A DNA stretch of 64,000 nucleotides. Source: Epithemia pelagica (Eukaryota; Protista; Bacillariophyta). This document shows positions 1 to 12,406 of this stretch, piece after piece. The position numbers and the translations under genes are program-made. Positions within the stretch are counted from its first letter, which is position 1; the number at the start of each line of letters is the position of its first letter. The notes below the pieces were generated by a model. That model was not told where the DNA came from, did no database searches, and saw only the letters and a program-made list of their open reading frames with translations. The stretch lies in contig OX337237.1 of NCBI GenBank assembly GCA_946965045.2, positions 310,001 to 374,000 on the forward strand, written 5' to 3'.

Positions 1-663
1 CTATCCGGGTAGCTTATGCGCAAGCCCGCCATACGACGTGCGCGTAAGATCCTTGGCAGGCGAGTCGGCCTCCATCCTCCTCTCCACAATGGCGCCGTTC
101 TATTTGGAAGGATGTTGCGGGTTTGTCGACGTTGCTTCTTACGCAGTCTGTTGCGGTTTCGCCAAGCACCCTGATGGATCGTGTGTATTGCCGTGAGTGA
201 CGACAACGGACCGAAAAAGTCCCCGTGCGAAATGTGGTTGTTGCGTCGTTTGGTTCCACCGAATCCGACCGGAATCTCCAACAACGAGAGGAGAGGTTCG
301 CAGTAACATGACTCGACGACCATCCTGAATGCTGACTGACTGATATTGGATGAATGAATGTTGTGCGAGTGAACACACCCAACCACCAAGACACATTGTA
401 TTCTATTATACGCTCGCGTCTCGTGCAGCACACACGCGCAAGTTTGGTTCATTCGCGCCACCAAGAGAATTCCAGAGACTCTTTTGTGAGACAGAGTCAA
501 TCTCTCTTGTGTCAGGGAGAACAGCACGAAACCACCAAACAAACGACAGGAGAATTGTACAATTCTTTCTCTCTCTCTCTGTTTGCCACACACAAGTTTA
601 CTCCTTGTCACCAAAAGAATCCACAGCAGCAGCGTCAGTAGCTCTATTGTAAAGGCAGAGAAA

Positions 664-3600
664 ATGACCAAAAAGGGTCTTTTTCTTCGACAAACGTCGC
701 CTTGGAGGAGACGACGCGGGGCTCAGGACAAACGAATCCACTATGAGAAACTAGTAGAGGATTCTCCCACGGAACGCACAGTCGCATCATGGAGTGAAGG
801 GACCAGCGACGACCCACCCACGAAATCCAACAATGGTACGTACAAGACACACTGGATCCGAACTGTCGGCTCCATATTATCCATTGGTGCAATAAACTGT
901 TTGTTTTTGTTGTTGTTCCTCACGGATTCGGACAAACTCTGGTTTCCTTCTGGAAATTTGGGGGCGACTCTTTATTTTGTTCAGTGGATCCACGGCAGAT
1001 CATCCAAACCGTTCCAACCACGGATACCGAAGACAGCGAAAGCCACACGGAAGAGGGGCACGACGACACTCTGGACGCAGGTTCGTCGCCCAAGGAGGCT
1101 CGATTATTGGAAGCGACTCGACAAGACTTGGTACGATCCATTCACCGCCTGGAACGCAAGGTTCCATTCGACAGCCCGTGTCAACAGGCACAGGTGTCTC
1201 GTCGTCTCCACGACGTGCAACAGCAATTGCAGTCGTGTGTCGAGCAGTCGCTGAGGGCTCACACGGCGGCCGCCCCACGGGCACCACCCAAGGAATCCTG
1301 GCAGGCTGATGCCGTGGAAGAGTATCTGGGACCCTTGTTGGCACATGGGTTTGAATTTATCTCATCCAAGGATGCTCATGGATTGTGGACCAGTGGTGAC
1401 GAATTACCACCATTCCAATTCCACACGAATGGTCGACCCGTCTTTGTTGTCAATGTGTCCTTTTTGGTCGACTCGTCGTCGACATGCACCACCACCACCG
1501 TTTCCGAGGCACCACCATGGCCCCTACCGTCTTCCTCGTCGTCGTTGCATGGCCCATTGCAACCCCAACAATTACACGCACGATCCACGCCACGAAAAAA
1601 GCGTTCCTCGATCTATCGTTGGTGGACCAATCTCGAAGTGACACGTCAACTCGAAGCCGCACTCGAGCGAAAATTGGCCAATGACGCAGTCATTTCGATG
1701 CAAGATTGTCACTATTGGATTGTCCCTTTTTCTGCCTCATTGTCGTCGTCGTTGTCCAAAGAAGAAGAGGAAGAGGATGAAACCAATCTCTTGTGGTGCT
1801 GGTACGACCATCAATGGTCTCCCTGGTGTCCTCCCGAACCACCGGAACACGTGACGGCCACAGTGACCACGACCGAACTAGAGTTGGAATGGAGCATGGC
1901 GGACACCAGCAAGAAGAATAGTGTCGCGGTGTCACTCTTTTCCTGCCAGTCGTCGTCGCTGCTCCGAACGGTCACGAGTCAGTTTTCCTCCTGTTCCTGG
2001 ACCCACTTGGAACCTCGTACAGAATATCGAGTGGAACTGCGTGGCATTTCACGGATTCAAGGCGTTAGTACTCGTGCCGTGACCAAGCTTTTTCAAACGC
2101 CCAAAGCCTTGTCCTGGGCTCGACGCATTTATCAGTCCATTCATACCTCACAACAACAACAAGCGCATTCCGCCAAAAATGACATTGCGACCGTATTCGT
2201 GGAACCAGCAGTAGCCCTGGATCCCCATCCAACCGAATCACACCTACCACTCGAAGCAAGCCCGGTCGTACTCCAACTTGCCTGTCGGGTACACCACGTC
2301 GTACAATCCCAAGCATTTCATTTACCAGGCCAACCCATGGTCGATAGTATTCGAATCGTCGATGTGGCTCCGGGATTGGAACCCCACTATGAATTGGGCC
2401 CCATGGAACAGGCCTGGGTGTGTTTGTTGACGGGAGAAATGGGCGCGGGAAAGTCGACACATTTGAATGCCATGGTCAATTGGTTGTTTGGCGTCGAGTG
2501 GGATGACCCCTTTCGATTGCTATTAGTGGACGATTCGGAACAACGCACCGAGTCGGGAATCACGCCACAGAGTACCGTCTATCGCATTCGTCATTTGCCG
2601 GGCATGCCCGTGGACCAGAGCCTCATTCTCATTGATTCCCCGGGCTTTGCGGCTACTCCTCCAAGTCTCCAAACCGATCTGTTTACACGCGAATCGTTTC
2701 GTCAACTCTTTTCATTGCTGACTCATGTGAATTGTGTGGGATGGGTTCTTCCCGCGAACCGCAATCGATTGACCACGAGTTTTCAATACGTGATTCAAAA
2801 AGTACTGGAATTGTTGGATACCACACTCCAGGACAATCTTCTTCCAATTTGTACCTTTGCCGATGCTGGAATTCCTTCCTGTCTGGCCGCATTGGAAGAA
2901 GACACTGTGCCCTTTCGACATTACGTCAAGGTCCAAAATGGACCATTCTCGTGTCGACACATGATGAGGCGACGACACGTTGGACAAGAAGTCGACGGTA
3001 ATACGAATCCATTACACGAAACTCGTTCGTCTCATCAAGAAAAGCTCCATTGGGAGATAGCCTACAATGGCATTGCGTCCATGTTTCGCATTGTCGACCA
3101 TCACATGGTGTTGCGACCGTTGGACAAGAGCCTTGCAGTACTGGAAATTCGCCGAGGATTGCATCAGCAGTTACAAAGCGTGGTCCAAGAGCTTTGGACG
3201 ATCACGAATCAAGTTGTCTCTATTGTGCAAGATCTAGATAGGCTTCTCCAAACGCTTGGACAGTCACCGACCGAACCGATACTCCATAACCAGGGTAACG
3301 AGCTCGAACCGCCTCCAGAACAAGGGATTCAACAATGGAGTACCAACAAGCAGTGCCTAGAAGCGACGATTGCAAACAAACTCTCTGACTTGGACGAAAG
3401 ACAAGGTCGTCTCGTTACGCTATTGAGTGACTGTGTCAAAGTGCAGCAAAGCCTAGAGGGTAAAGGGTTGCGTAACAATCCCCGAGCTGCGGCCAACCAG
3501 TTGGACTCTTTGATCCGTGGCATGCTGGACCAAACCGAGAACAACATGCAAAAGGATTTCATGCTACATGGCTTGTACATGGCCAAACGTGAATTCGACT

Positions 3601-3983
3601 GCAAACTGGACAAGGAGCACAACAGTAATCGACAACGTGATATGCGTCGTTCGAAACAAGCCGCTCTTGTTTGCATTCGGCAGGAGTGGACACGCCGGTC
3701 TCAATTGGGACAGGAAGAACGGTTGCGAGAAGACACGGAACCCAGTGACTTTTACAATCAAGTTTTGTCTCTCCTGCCAAACGAATGCCACTCTCCTCTC
3801 CTACTACCAGCACCCCTTGGTCGGACTCATCTCGTTCGGGCTGAGCCCGAAACCGGCTACGAAGAGCGCAACTTTCCACCCTATCGGGAAAGCTTGATAA
3901 AGACGGCTCAGGCCCTACGACAATTGGTGTCTCGTTGGGATATGCCCCTGGTTGACGGAAACTCCCATCCAACGAACCAATAG
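664..3983 (+). CDS. FN3 + P-loop GTPase (AIG1/septin-like) + coiled-coil protein, paralog A; join(664..835,985..3983)
   Basis: ATG at 664; phase-1 intron 836-984 (G|GTACGT...TCAG) joins in frame to the 999-aa ORF. FN3-like segment (LELEWS...WTHLEPRTEYRVELRG), Walker A GEMGAGKS, G3 DSPG, TFAD motif, helical C-terminus. Confidence 0.85.
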
Positions 3984-4690
3984 TTCTACAAGTGAAGCAA
4001 TGCGAATATGAGAATCGTAAAGCTGTTCCCTGAAAGTTCATTCGCAAGCATGTGGCTCCAATAAGGCAAGACTTTGTATACCGGGGTAGCATACGGTTGA
4101 TGATGCCTCTTTGCTTGGATTTATGGTACTTTCATCGAATCCGGAGAGCCGAATAGACTTGTCTCGACTAGAGATGTCACTGAATTTCCCTCCACATCCG
4201 GGTTAGCACGTATTTCTCCACCATGGCGTCGGTCATAGCAGGACTGAAAGTGGGCGATGACGCTACAAGTCTTTCTTGAAAGAAGGACCGTTTACATCCT
4301 TGTGCGTCATCAGCATTCGGTGCAGAGTGTTTGCAATTTGCAATCAATGACGGTACGGAAGTACAAACGTGTTGCACCACGAATACATGCGGCGACTTGC
4401 TGCTGTTTGCGACTGAGAACGGTCCTGCACAGATCCTCGGCTTTTGTGTGAATTGACTCGTATCTCCTGCTTTGTTTGTCTCTAAAAGCTATTGGTTAAA
4501 CGTGTACCTTTGGTTGCGAAGTGCTCGCAAGTACTCTGCGTCACGACCCAGTCGCACACAGACTACGAACGCATGATTGAAACACGACACACCACTGCGG
4601 TGAGGTGATTGTCCTTCCACAACAACTTTCCTCTAATCAAACAAGCATCAGAGTCGAGAGAGCACCCATCACCGTAACAAAATCGCCGTT

Positions 4691-5728
4691 ATGTTTCTGG
4701 TTACATCGACCAACGAGCCCCGATTAAAACGTCGACCGTCCTTTTGGCCCTTTTCCACCAAGGAGACAATCCGAAAACCAGGCAACATGATATTGTCGGA
4801 AAGGAACATGTTATCACGTACAGAGGACCGCGATAAGTTTGTGGAACGGAAGACCACCTTATCTCGAACCTCTTCTTGTTGCTCGAATGGGACTTTTGTG
4901 ACCTCACCGTTACCATCTCGACTTGAAAGCAAGACATTGACGACTTGCCAAAATGAGGCACAGTCCGTATCACGTAGTGGTGATTTGCAATCTAGCACGA
5001 TCACCAATGCCGCCTGTGTCCATGGAAACAACAGCCAGAGCGACTATCAACACCAAAGTTACAGAACTACAAATCGAAGGCACGTACGTTTCCAAGAAGA
5101 CCACAACGTATATTATGATCCACCTGCCAATCACCCTGTGACGGATGGGGACCAGAATACTTGGGAGTTGTTATGGTACAGTCGCGACGAAACCAAACAT
5201 CTCAAGGAAGATGTGATGCAGTCCGTTGCCGTTCGCAGTGCCTTGTATCAAACCTGGCGAAACGAACCAGCCCCTTCCAATTGGAAGCAAAGCAAAAGCA
5301 AACGGCGTGGACGCGGCGTGGCAGGAGGACCAACCAATCAAGCACAAGATCCTTTCGAGCATGTCTACCGCCAGTGTTGCGTCGGAAACACACTAACGTC
5401 TCAGCAGGTCCATGCCTTGAGTAGATTTCTGGACGAGGACAGCACCGGCTTGGAATGCCTCGTCTTAAAACATTCCATTCCCAGCATTGCAAAGGATAAA
5501 GAGGTACGACGACACCTCCTACTAACGACACTCAATCGTAACCGAATAAGATTGGATCGCCTGTCCCACCACTCTCGGGAAAGACGTAACAGTTGGAAGG
5601 AACTCCAATCCTTGGAAATCTCACATCAAATGGCAGACATCACAGAGCCTGATCGATTGTTTGCTTTGGCGATGGGACAAGTATTAGAACGGCAAGTCCA
5701 ACGAGAAGAAGGAGAAATCAAGTGGTGA
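4691..5728 (+). CDS. Uncharacterised diatom-type protein with RVxF motif (RHVRF...WYS...GLE)
   Basis: 345-aa ATG-initiated ORF. RHVRFQEDHNVYY, LLWYSRDE, TGLECL and DRLFALAMG follow the same motif order as the paralogs at 34-41.8 kb. Confidence 0.75.
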   Translation: MFLVTSTNEPRLKRRPSFWPFSTKETIRKPGNMILSERNMLSRTEDRDKFVERKTTLSRTSSCCSNGTFVTSPLPSRLESKTLTTCQNEAQSVSRSGDLQSSTITNAACVHGNNSQSDYQHQSYRTTNRRHVRFQEDHNVYYDPPANHPVTDGDQNTWELLWYSRDETKHLKEDVMQSVAVRSALYQTWRNEPAPSNWKQSKSKRRGRGVAGGPTNQAQDPFEHVYRQCCVGNTLTSQQVHALSRFLDEDSTGLECLVLKHSIPSIAKDKEVRRHLLLTTLNRNRIRLDRLSHHSRERRNSWKELQSLEISHQMADITEPDRLFALAMGQVLERQVQREEGEIKW

Positions 5729-6050
5729 AGGTCGGACTCTGCGGCCTCTGTCGACGAATGAAATTTCGGAAGGATCTGGTGTGTCGGAATGTGGATATGC
5801 CCTACGATATGAGCTATGCCCTACCATATGAGGGGTCGCCTTTGATGCCACAGAACGCTTGGAACAGGATAGTCCTTTCGTCTACAATAGTTTACGCACT
5901 ATTTGGTTTCCAATACCTACCCCTGCTTTGAATATTGTCTGCCGAATCTAGTGAGATTGTGTTTTTGAGACAAATTGTGTTTTTGAGACAAACGTTGTTG
6001 CTTGTGGGGACTCTTGTGAAATATACGCAGAGCAGTCCTCTTACTACGTC

Positions 6051-6752
6051 TTATGATCGCTCCATGACTTGCATGCTTTCCACTTGGTTCTTGATGCGCC
6101 GAGCTACTTGTTGACCTTCATTCTTTTTGAGACGCAAGATTTTGGCTCCTTCGGCTTTGGTCGTAATCACGACATGTTCCTGAGTATCTCCACAACAGCA
6201 TGTTTGCGCAATGCAATTCGGTGGCACCCCCTTGACGTCGGCATCGGTAATCTGCGACAAATCAACCGAGTCGATTTCATACTTGGGTCCACAGCAACAC
6301 GAGCAACAAGCAATGGGCCCAAATCGACAGGGATTGACAGTTTTGATCTCCAAGTGATTTCGTCGCAAGGAATATGTACTGGGATCATTGGGGCAACAGC
6401 CGCATCCAGTGGCACACAAGCGATGGACCCAGGAAAAGTACAAGACCTCTCGACCCTCCCATAGGACTTGTTCTCGTTGTTTCATGGCTTTGGATTGACG
6501 AAGAGTCTGCAAGGTTTCGCGGATACGAATTCGATCGCCGATACTCGATACACCCATTTCCCGGAGGTTTTGGTCCGTCAAATTGGGTGCCACCTCGCCT
6601 GTGATATCATTGGCAATAAACACTTCGCCATAATTTCCCAAACCCTTGCTCTCTAAATACGATGCCAACGCAGTAGAACTCCAATTGGACCAATCACGAG
6701 TTGATTCGGTTGTTGTAATATCGTTGACACTGTTTTTCTTGGTGCGAGTCAT
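6051..6752 (-). CDS. SAM-domain protein with cysteine-rich C-terminal domain
   Basis: 233-aa ORF. WSSTALASYLESKGLGNYGEVFIANDITGEVAPNLTDQNLREMGVSSIGDRIRI fits the SAM consensus; Cys clusters GCGCCP, CCSCCCG and TCCCG follow. Confidence 0.8.
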   Translation of the reverse strand: MTRTKKNSVNDITTTESTRDWSNWSSTALASYLESKGLGNYGEVFIANDITGEVAPNLTDQNLREMGVSSIGDRIRIRETLQTLRQSKAMKQREQVLWEGREVLYFSWVHRLCATGCGCCPNDPSTYSLRRNHLEIKTVNPCRFGPIACCSCCCGPKYEIDSVDLSQITDADVKGVPPNCIAQTCCCGDTQEHVVITTKAEGAKILRLKKNEGQQVARRIKNQVESMQVMERS

Positions 6753-7434
6753 GACTTGCTCGTCGTCTCAGTTGAACTGGATCAGATATTTTGCTTCTCG
6801 TCTGAATTATGTCCTTGATCAGAGGTATCGTGATCAACGCTGGCCTTCGTTTTCTTGACACTTGCAACTTGCACATTGTCTTCCCATTCACATCGAATGA
6901 AGGAACTGTTTCAGTCGTTCCTTGAATCGTGGTGTCCCTCTCGGATTCGGAAGCTGCAGATTGACCCGATTCGTATTGAAGTCTTACACTCTCGAGCGCA
7001 CGCGAAACAATGTAGAAGAATATATCATGGAATGTTATAGGTTCCATCTGATAGGGATTTCAGAATAACGCGAACGCTCTTTATCCTTAACCCTAAATTG
7101 CTAGCTAGCGAAGAGCTATACCTACTGCAACAAATTTCTAGTATCCCAACACTTCTCCAGAAGAGACGACCCGAACCCATTTTACATTGGCTTTTACCAC
7201 AGTAACCGACGTATTATAGATCCTCTCAACTCATAATAAAATCACTTTACACAGGGTCCCTGGGTTGATTCGAATTTGCCATGAGCTGAGAGCCACATGT
7301 TTTGTTCCAGGGTCAGCCTCCCTGTGACTGCTATATTATCCTCGATAGATACCAAAGCAAAAGAAACTATAGGCTCTAGTATAGCAGAACAGAGCATCGG
7401 GTCCCATTCCCTCTTGTCCGTTTGTCCTCCACTA

Positions 7435-9192
7435 CTACCGTTGGAGATTGCAGTCTCGGCTCGCATTGACAAATTCATCGCACCGGACACCCTGTAATTT
7501 CAAGGACGATCTTCCTCCTTGTTGTTGATGCGTTTGCACGAGTTCCAGTCCTTGGACCAACCCATTCACAGTCCCAACCGGCGTTTCGACATAATCTTTG
7601 TAAATGCGATAACACGCTTGTCGCATGCGACAGCGTTGTTCCAGAGAAATGGTGTCCAAATAGGCCAAGGTCGTGCGGCCGGCATCCTTTTCCGGAAGAA
7701 TCACGGCACACTCGGTCCAATTGACCAATTCGGGACGAAAGGGCCAGACCCAATCATCGGCATGCACCACGGGTATAGTACCAGCCGACAAGACTTCGGA
7801 AAAGCGGTACGAAAATTTATTGTCGCCTCGAGCCGCCAAGGCAAAGACGGCACGGGCCATGAATTGGGGATAGGAGTACTGTGACAGGGCGGACCGATTG
7901 AATTCGGCGGCAAGAAAATAGCGCGAGACAAAGATTCGTTGATTGTCATTAAGGTGTTGATAGGATCTTCTCGCTCCACCCCCATGACGACGATGAAAGT
8001 CTGCATTGGCACCGGATCGAAAATTTCCAGCGTAGACAAAGTAAAAGGGCCGATTGGTTTCGGCGGCACAGGTTTGAATGTCATGGACTTGTTGCCGTGT
8101 CAAGTGCGAGGGACGTGGCATGGGTGGGATCAATCCTTGATCACGATCCTCCTTGACATGCGAAATGAGGGAGGAGAGCGTGGCAATGGAAAGGTACGAG
8201 GCATTGGAGAGAGAGCCAGTGGTACGAATCTGCGGATTGCGCCCTCCACCCAAACCGTCTCCAGTACAATCCAACAAAATGGCCGTCGTGGGAAAACTAG
8301 CGAGGCGAAGCTTTTCAAAGGTTGGACTGGACCAGAGAGGATTCATTGGTTGTTCCAAGGGTGTCGTTCCGGTATGTCGAGTTCGGCGGGTGCCTCCTCC
8401 CAACAGTCGTCGACCAAAGGTGACATCCATATTTTGCTCCCCTCCCCCACCGTATATGGGGTAATTGGATTCTCCGCATTGAGGTTGATCCAAAAATATA
8501 TAAATGCGTGTCTGGGGAGGGAGTCTGGTGGTACTGTTGTTGTTGATGGTGGTGGCCAGGAGGGTTCTGTTCGAGCCTGCAGGTTGTTGTTGTTGTTGTT
8601 CTTGTCGTCGTCGTTTTCGTCCTTGTTGTGGTCGTTTCGGATAGACTTGATCCAGTTCGTTCCACAGGGTTGGATGAAACCATGGGTGGTTAATGACACC
8701 GGTCAACAGTTCGGTTTCCCGAATACTGCGAGGAATGGTCAAGGCCCATTGTTGATTGACATGATTCCATCCAAAACTCGTGAGCAAAATTACGGCTGGA
8801 GGAGGTGGTGCATTCGGATCCAACCAGGGACGGTGCACCTTTGGATCCCACTCCAAGGTCTTGTCCTGAACCAAGGAATGGGGCCACCAAACTGTCTTGT
8901 TATTGTTGTTGTTGTTCTTGTGGTAGCTGGTGGTGGTGTCGGAATCGTTGGAACCTGATGTGACTGTCACATTCTCATGAGCACGATGGTCCACCACAAG
9001 AATCGTATTGTTGTTATTGTTGCTGCTGCTGAGGGACGAGGACGACACTGCGGGAAATACATATCGAGACAACTCGACTCCAATTTGAAATTGCCATACC
9101 ACCGTAACACTGGCCAGTGCCAACCCCACAGTAAGAATGGTTCTTCTTCGTGTTCTTCTTCGTTGGAAGCAACAACAACGTCGATTCGTCAT
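7435..9192 (-). CDS. Exostosin-family (GT47) glycosyltransferase, copy 1
   Basis: Type II membrane anchor (RRRTILTVGLALASVTVVWQF). C-terminal FALAARGDNKFSYRFSEVLSAGTIPVVHADDWVWPF is typical of exostosin/GT47. Likely ATG at 9192. Confidence 0.85.
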   Translation of the reverse strand: MTNRRCCCFQRRRTRRRTILTVGLALASVTVVWQFQIGVELSRYVFPAVSSSSLSSSNNNNNTILVVDHRAHENVTVTSGSNDSDTTTSYHKNNNNNNKTVWWPHSLVQDKTLEWDPKVHRPWLDPNAPPPPAVILLTSFGWNHVNQQWALTIPRSIRETELLTGVINHPWFHPTLWNELDQVYPKRPQQGRKRRRQEQQQQQPAGSNRTLLATTINNNSTTRLPPQTRIYIFLDQPQCGESNYPIYGGGGEQNMDVTFGRRLLGGGTRRTRHTGTTPLEQPMNPLWSSPTFEKLRLASFPTTAILLDCTGDGLGGGRNPQIRTTGSLSNASYLSIATLSSLISHVKEDRDQGLIPPMPRPSHLTRQQVHDIQTCAAETNRPFYFVYAGNFRSGANADFHRRHGGGARRSYQHLNDNQRIFVSRYFLAAEFNRSALSQYSYPQFMARAVFALAARGDNKFSYRFSEVLSAGTIPVVHADDWVWPFRPELVNWTECAVILPEKDAGRTTLAYLDTISLEQRCRMRQACYRIYKDYVETPVGTVNGLVQGLELVQTHQQQGGRSSLKLQGVRCDEFVNASRDCNLQR

Positions 9193-9811
9193 TCCATAAT
9201 TTTGTGCTCTCTCTCTACTCCAAATGTCGGCAAACAATACCCTCTATGCAACAAGCAAGACAACAAGCAACAACATGGAACTAAGAAAGCGTTCCCATTG
9301 TCACAGTCACAGCGCCCACAAAAAAGCTATGCCTATATCTATATCAAATAGCTATGATCCTCTATTTGAGGTACTTCTATCCTAATACGACGTCTTTTGC
9401 AAGTGTGTTCTCGTCTCTCTCTCTAGACCTTTGCGAAACTCTCGAATCGAAACCAAAAAGGAAAGGAACATGGTTGTCGGAATAACACCATCCACTATTA
9501 TAATAGAAAGTATAGTGTTCCAAGTTCAGCGTGCCCGTCGTGAACCGTGACTCGTCCCTACCAAAACACCCGGGAGAGAGTCCACAACGAACCTGCATGT
9601 CACAGTGGATTGGATGATGAAACGTTGGACGAGCCGCTGGCTTTCTTGGCACTGCGACTCCTGCTGCTAGTAGGTACAAATACTCGGAAAACACACATCT
9701 TTCCTAGATACCAAAGGAAACGAAACTAGGCAGGCTACTAGTGTAGTAGTGGTACAAAGGTTCCGTTCCCTCGTCTCGTCCTCCTTCTACCGAGTGGTTT
9801 CTCCTCTACAT

Positions 9812-11479
9812 CTACCGTTGGAGATTGCAGTCTCGGCTCGGATTGACAAATTCATCGCACCGGACCCCTTGCAATTTTAATGGCGATCCTCCTTCGTGTC
9901 GTTGCGTTTGCAAGAGTTCCAGTCCTTGGACCAACCCGTGAATGGTTCCGACCGTGGTTTCGACATAGTCTTTGTAAATGCGATAACACGCTTGTCGCAT
10001 GCGACAGCGTTGTTCCACAGAAATCGTGTCCAAATAGGCCACGGTCGTCTTGCCGGCATCTTGTTCGGGACGAATGACGGCACACGCGGTCCAATTCACC
10101 AATTCGGGACGAAACGGCCAGACCCACTCATCGGCATGCACGACGGGAATGGCACCGGCCGACAAGACTTCGGAAAAGCGATAGGAAAATTTATTGTCCC
10201 CTCGCGCCGCCAAGGCAAAGACGGACCGGGCCAGGAATTGGGCATACGAGTACTTGGACAAGGCGGACCGATGGAATTCACTTGCATTGGAATAAGGCGT
10301 GACAAAGATTCGTTGATTGTCGTTCAGGGGTTGATACGAGGACCGTGCGCCACCGCCGTGTTGACGTTCAAAGTCGACATTGTTGCCATTGCGAAAATTG
10401 CCAGCATAGACAAAGAAAAAAGGCCGATTGGTTTCGGCGGCACACGTGGCAATATCGTGCACTTGTTGGTCCGTCAACTGACAAGGGTGGGGCATGGGTG
10501 GAACCAATCCTTGATCCACCTCTTCCTGGACATCTCTAATGAGGGACGACAGTGTCGCAATGGAAAGATAAGAGGCATTGGAGAGAAAGCCACTCACACG
10601 TCGTTGTTGTGGTTCCGGAAAGGCCCCCAACCCGTACCCATTGCAATTGAACAACAGGGCCATTGTGGAAAAGGTTTGGCGCAGCCGTGAAAAGGTCCGA
10701 CTGGTCCAAAGCGGATTGTGAGACGGCACCAAGGGTGTCACGTAGGGCGTGCCTCCTCCCGACGGTCGACCCAACGTGACATCCATGTTGGCTGGTCGGC
10801 CTCCATTGTAAATCGGGTAATTGGATTCCCCGCACTGCGGACGATCCAAAAACACATAGAGGCGTGTCGTCGTGTTGGGGAGCGGGAATCGGGTGGTCCT
10901 ACGGTTGGTGATGGGGCCTGGTGGTCGTCGTCGTCGTTTCTGATAGAGTTGCTCTAGTTCCTCCCATAGCGTGGGATGGAACCAGGGATGGTTGATGATA
11001 CCGGTAAACAATTCCGTTTCCCGAATACTGCGAGGAATGGTCCGGGCCCAAGTTTGATTCCAGTGATTCCATCCAAAACTGGTCAGCACAATCACGGCGG
11101 GAGGAGGTGGTGCATTCGGATCCAACCAGGGACGGTACACCTTTGGATCCCACTCCAAGGTTTGGTCCTGAATCAAGGAATGGGGCCACCAGACTGTCTT
11201 GTTCTTGTTGTGGTTGTTGTTCTTGTGGTTGGCAGGATGCTGGAGTGGGACGGCGGCCAGGGTTGTGGGATTGTGGATGGGATCCAGCCCCGGACGGTCC
11301 AACTCCACCGCAAGAAGGTTGCTGGACAACAACGACGACGACGACGAGGAATCCACCACCGAGAGGGACAATTCCAGTCCCAGTTGGAACTGCCATACCA
11401 ACGCCATGCTGGTAACAAGGGCCACACACACCAAAGTGGTTCGGGTGGTGTGAGAAAACAGTCTTGTGGTCGTCGTCAT
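9812..11479 (-). CDS. Exostosin-family (GT47) glycosyltransferase, copy 2 (tandem duplicate)
   Basis: Same architecture and near-identical C-terminus (FALAARGDNKFSYRFSEVLSAGAIPVVHADEWVWPF...CRMRQACYRIY) as copy 1. Likely ATG at 11479. Confidence 0.85.
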   Translation of the reverse strand: MTTTTRLFSHTTRTTLVCVALVTSMALVWQFQLGLELSLSVVDSSSSSSLLSSNLLAVELDRPGLDPIHNPTTLAAVPLQHPANHKNNNHNKNKTVWWPHSLIQDQTLEWDPKVYRPWLDPNAPPPPAVIVLTSFGWNHWNQTWARTIPRSIRETELFTGIINHPWFHPTLWEELEQLYQKRRRRPPGPITNRRTTRFPLPNTTTRLYVFLDRPQCGESNYPIYNGGRPANMDVTLGRPSGGGTPYVTPLVPSHNPLWTSRTFSRLRQTFSTMALLFNCNGYGLGAFPEPQQRRVSGFLSNASYLSIATLSSLIRDVQEEVDQGLVPPMPHPCQLTDQQVHDIATCAAETNRPFFFVYAGNFRNGNNVDFERQHGGGARSSYQPLNDNQRIFVTPYSNASEFHRSALSKYSYAQFLARSVFALAARGDNKFSYRFSEVLSAGAIPVVHADEWVWPFRPELVNWTACAVIRPEQDAGKTTVAYLDTISVEQRCRMRQACYRIYKDYVETTVGTIHGLVQGLELLQTQRHEGGSPLKLQGVRCDEFVNPSRDCNLQR

Positions 11480-12356
11480 GGTTGGCTGTGGTTGGCGAGA
11501 TTCCAACCATCCACGAGAGGGGATGATGCCTGTTGTTGGCGTTGTCGTGGAGGAACACGCTCGTCGTGTGAGTGTTTCGTTGGCTGTACCACAGAGAGTA
11601 TACGGAGGATCTATAGTAACGGATCAACGCGTCCCCCCAGTGTGCAAATCTGACGCCGCCTTTGTTGCAGAAAAGGAGAGACCAAAACGCAAGGTCGCTC
11701 GGCGCCGTCGCCCGACCAGCGTTCTAAACCAGTCTGAAGTGAGCGATTTCTTAGAGAACCAACCAAGAGCAGTACTTAGCATCGAGTTCCGTTGACTCGT
11801 TCTATAGTTAAGGCGTTTGATCTTGCACAAGATCAAAACTGCTCGATCAACCGTTCACTAAGAAACTCTCTAATAAATAATAATGGTCGCGAGTCGGCAC
11901 GTCGGAACCACGTGTGTGGAAAAACAGGATAACCATCACCCGTCACCAGCACCAGAGGTGAAAAGGCGATGACCATGACGCCGTCCCACCCCCACACAGT
12001 TTGTGTTGACAACGGTGGAACTAATGTCTGTGGTATCATCATCATCAAGCCTGCGGCAGCTAAGGAACCAGCCCCCACCCAAAAGCCCAACGAACATGCT
12101 CCACAAGGACGACCACGAGACGAATACAACGTTGACCAGCAGGAGGATGACACCCGCCATGGCAGCAGCTTGGTACCTCGAGGCGTGATAGAAAGGCATG
12201 GTTGCCTCACGAACGAATGCATGGTATGCAAGTTGTACGTGGCAATCCACGCGGTTCGCAATCGCGTGTCTAGAAAGAGACGATCGGTACAGCTCTTTTG
12301 GTGGCTCACAAATTATGGCCACTCCCAAACTCGCTCCGGACATGTACAGCACATTT

Positions 12357-12357
<1 letters not shown>

Positions 12358-12403
<46 letters not shown>
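12358..12403. repeat. (CT)n microsatellite, about 23 units
   Basis: Uninterrupted CT run visible in the sequence. Confidence 0.95.

Positions 12404-12406
<3 letters not shown>

Noticed and set aside
1-433. Possible gene fragment at the left edge
   Set aside because: Several short open frames, none with a recognisable motif; cannot be supported from this window alone.
7939-11653. Long plus-strand ORFs (7939..8958, 9896..10690, 10976..11653)
   Set aside because: Antisense shadows of the exostosin genes with no independent motifs.
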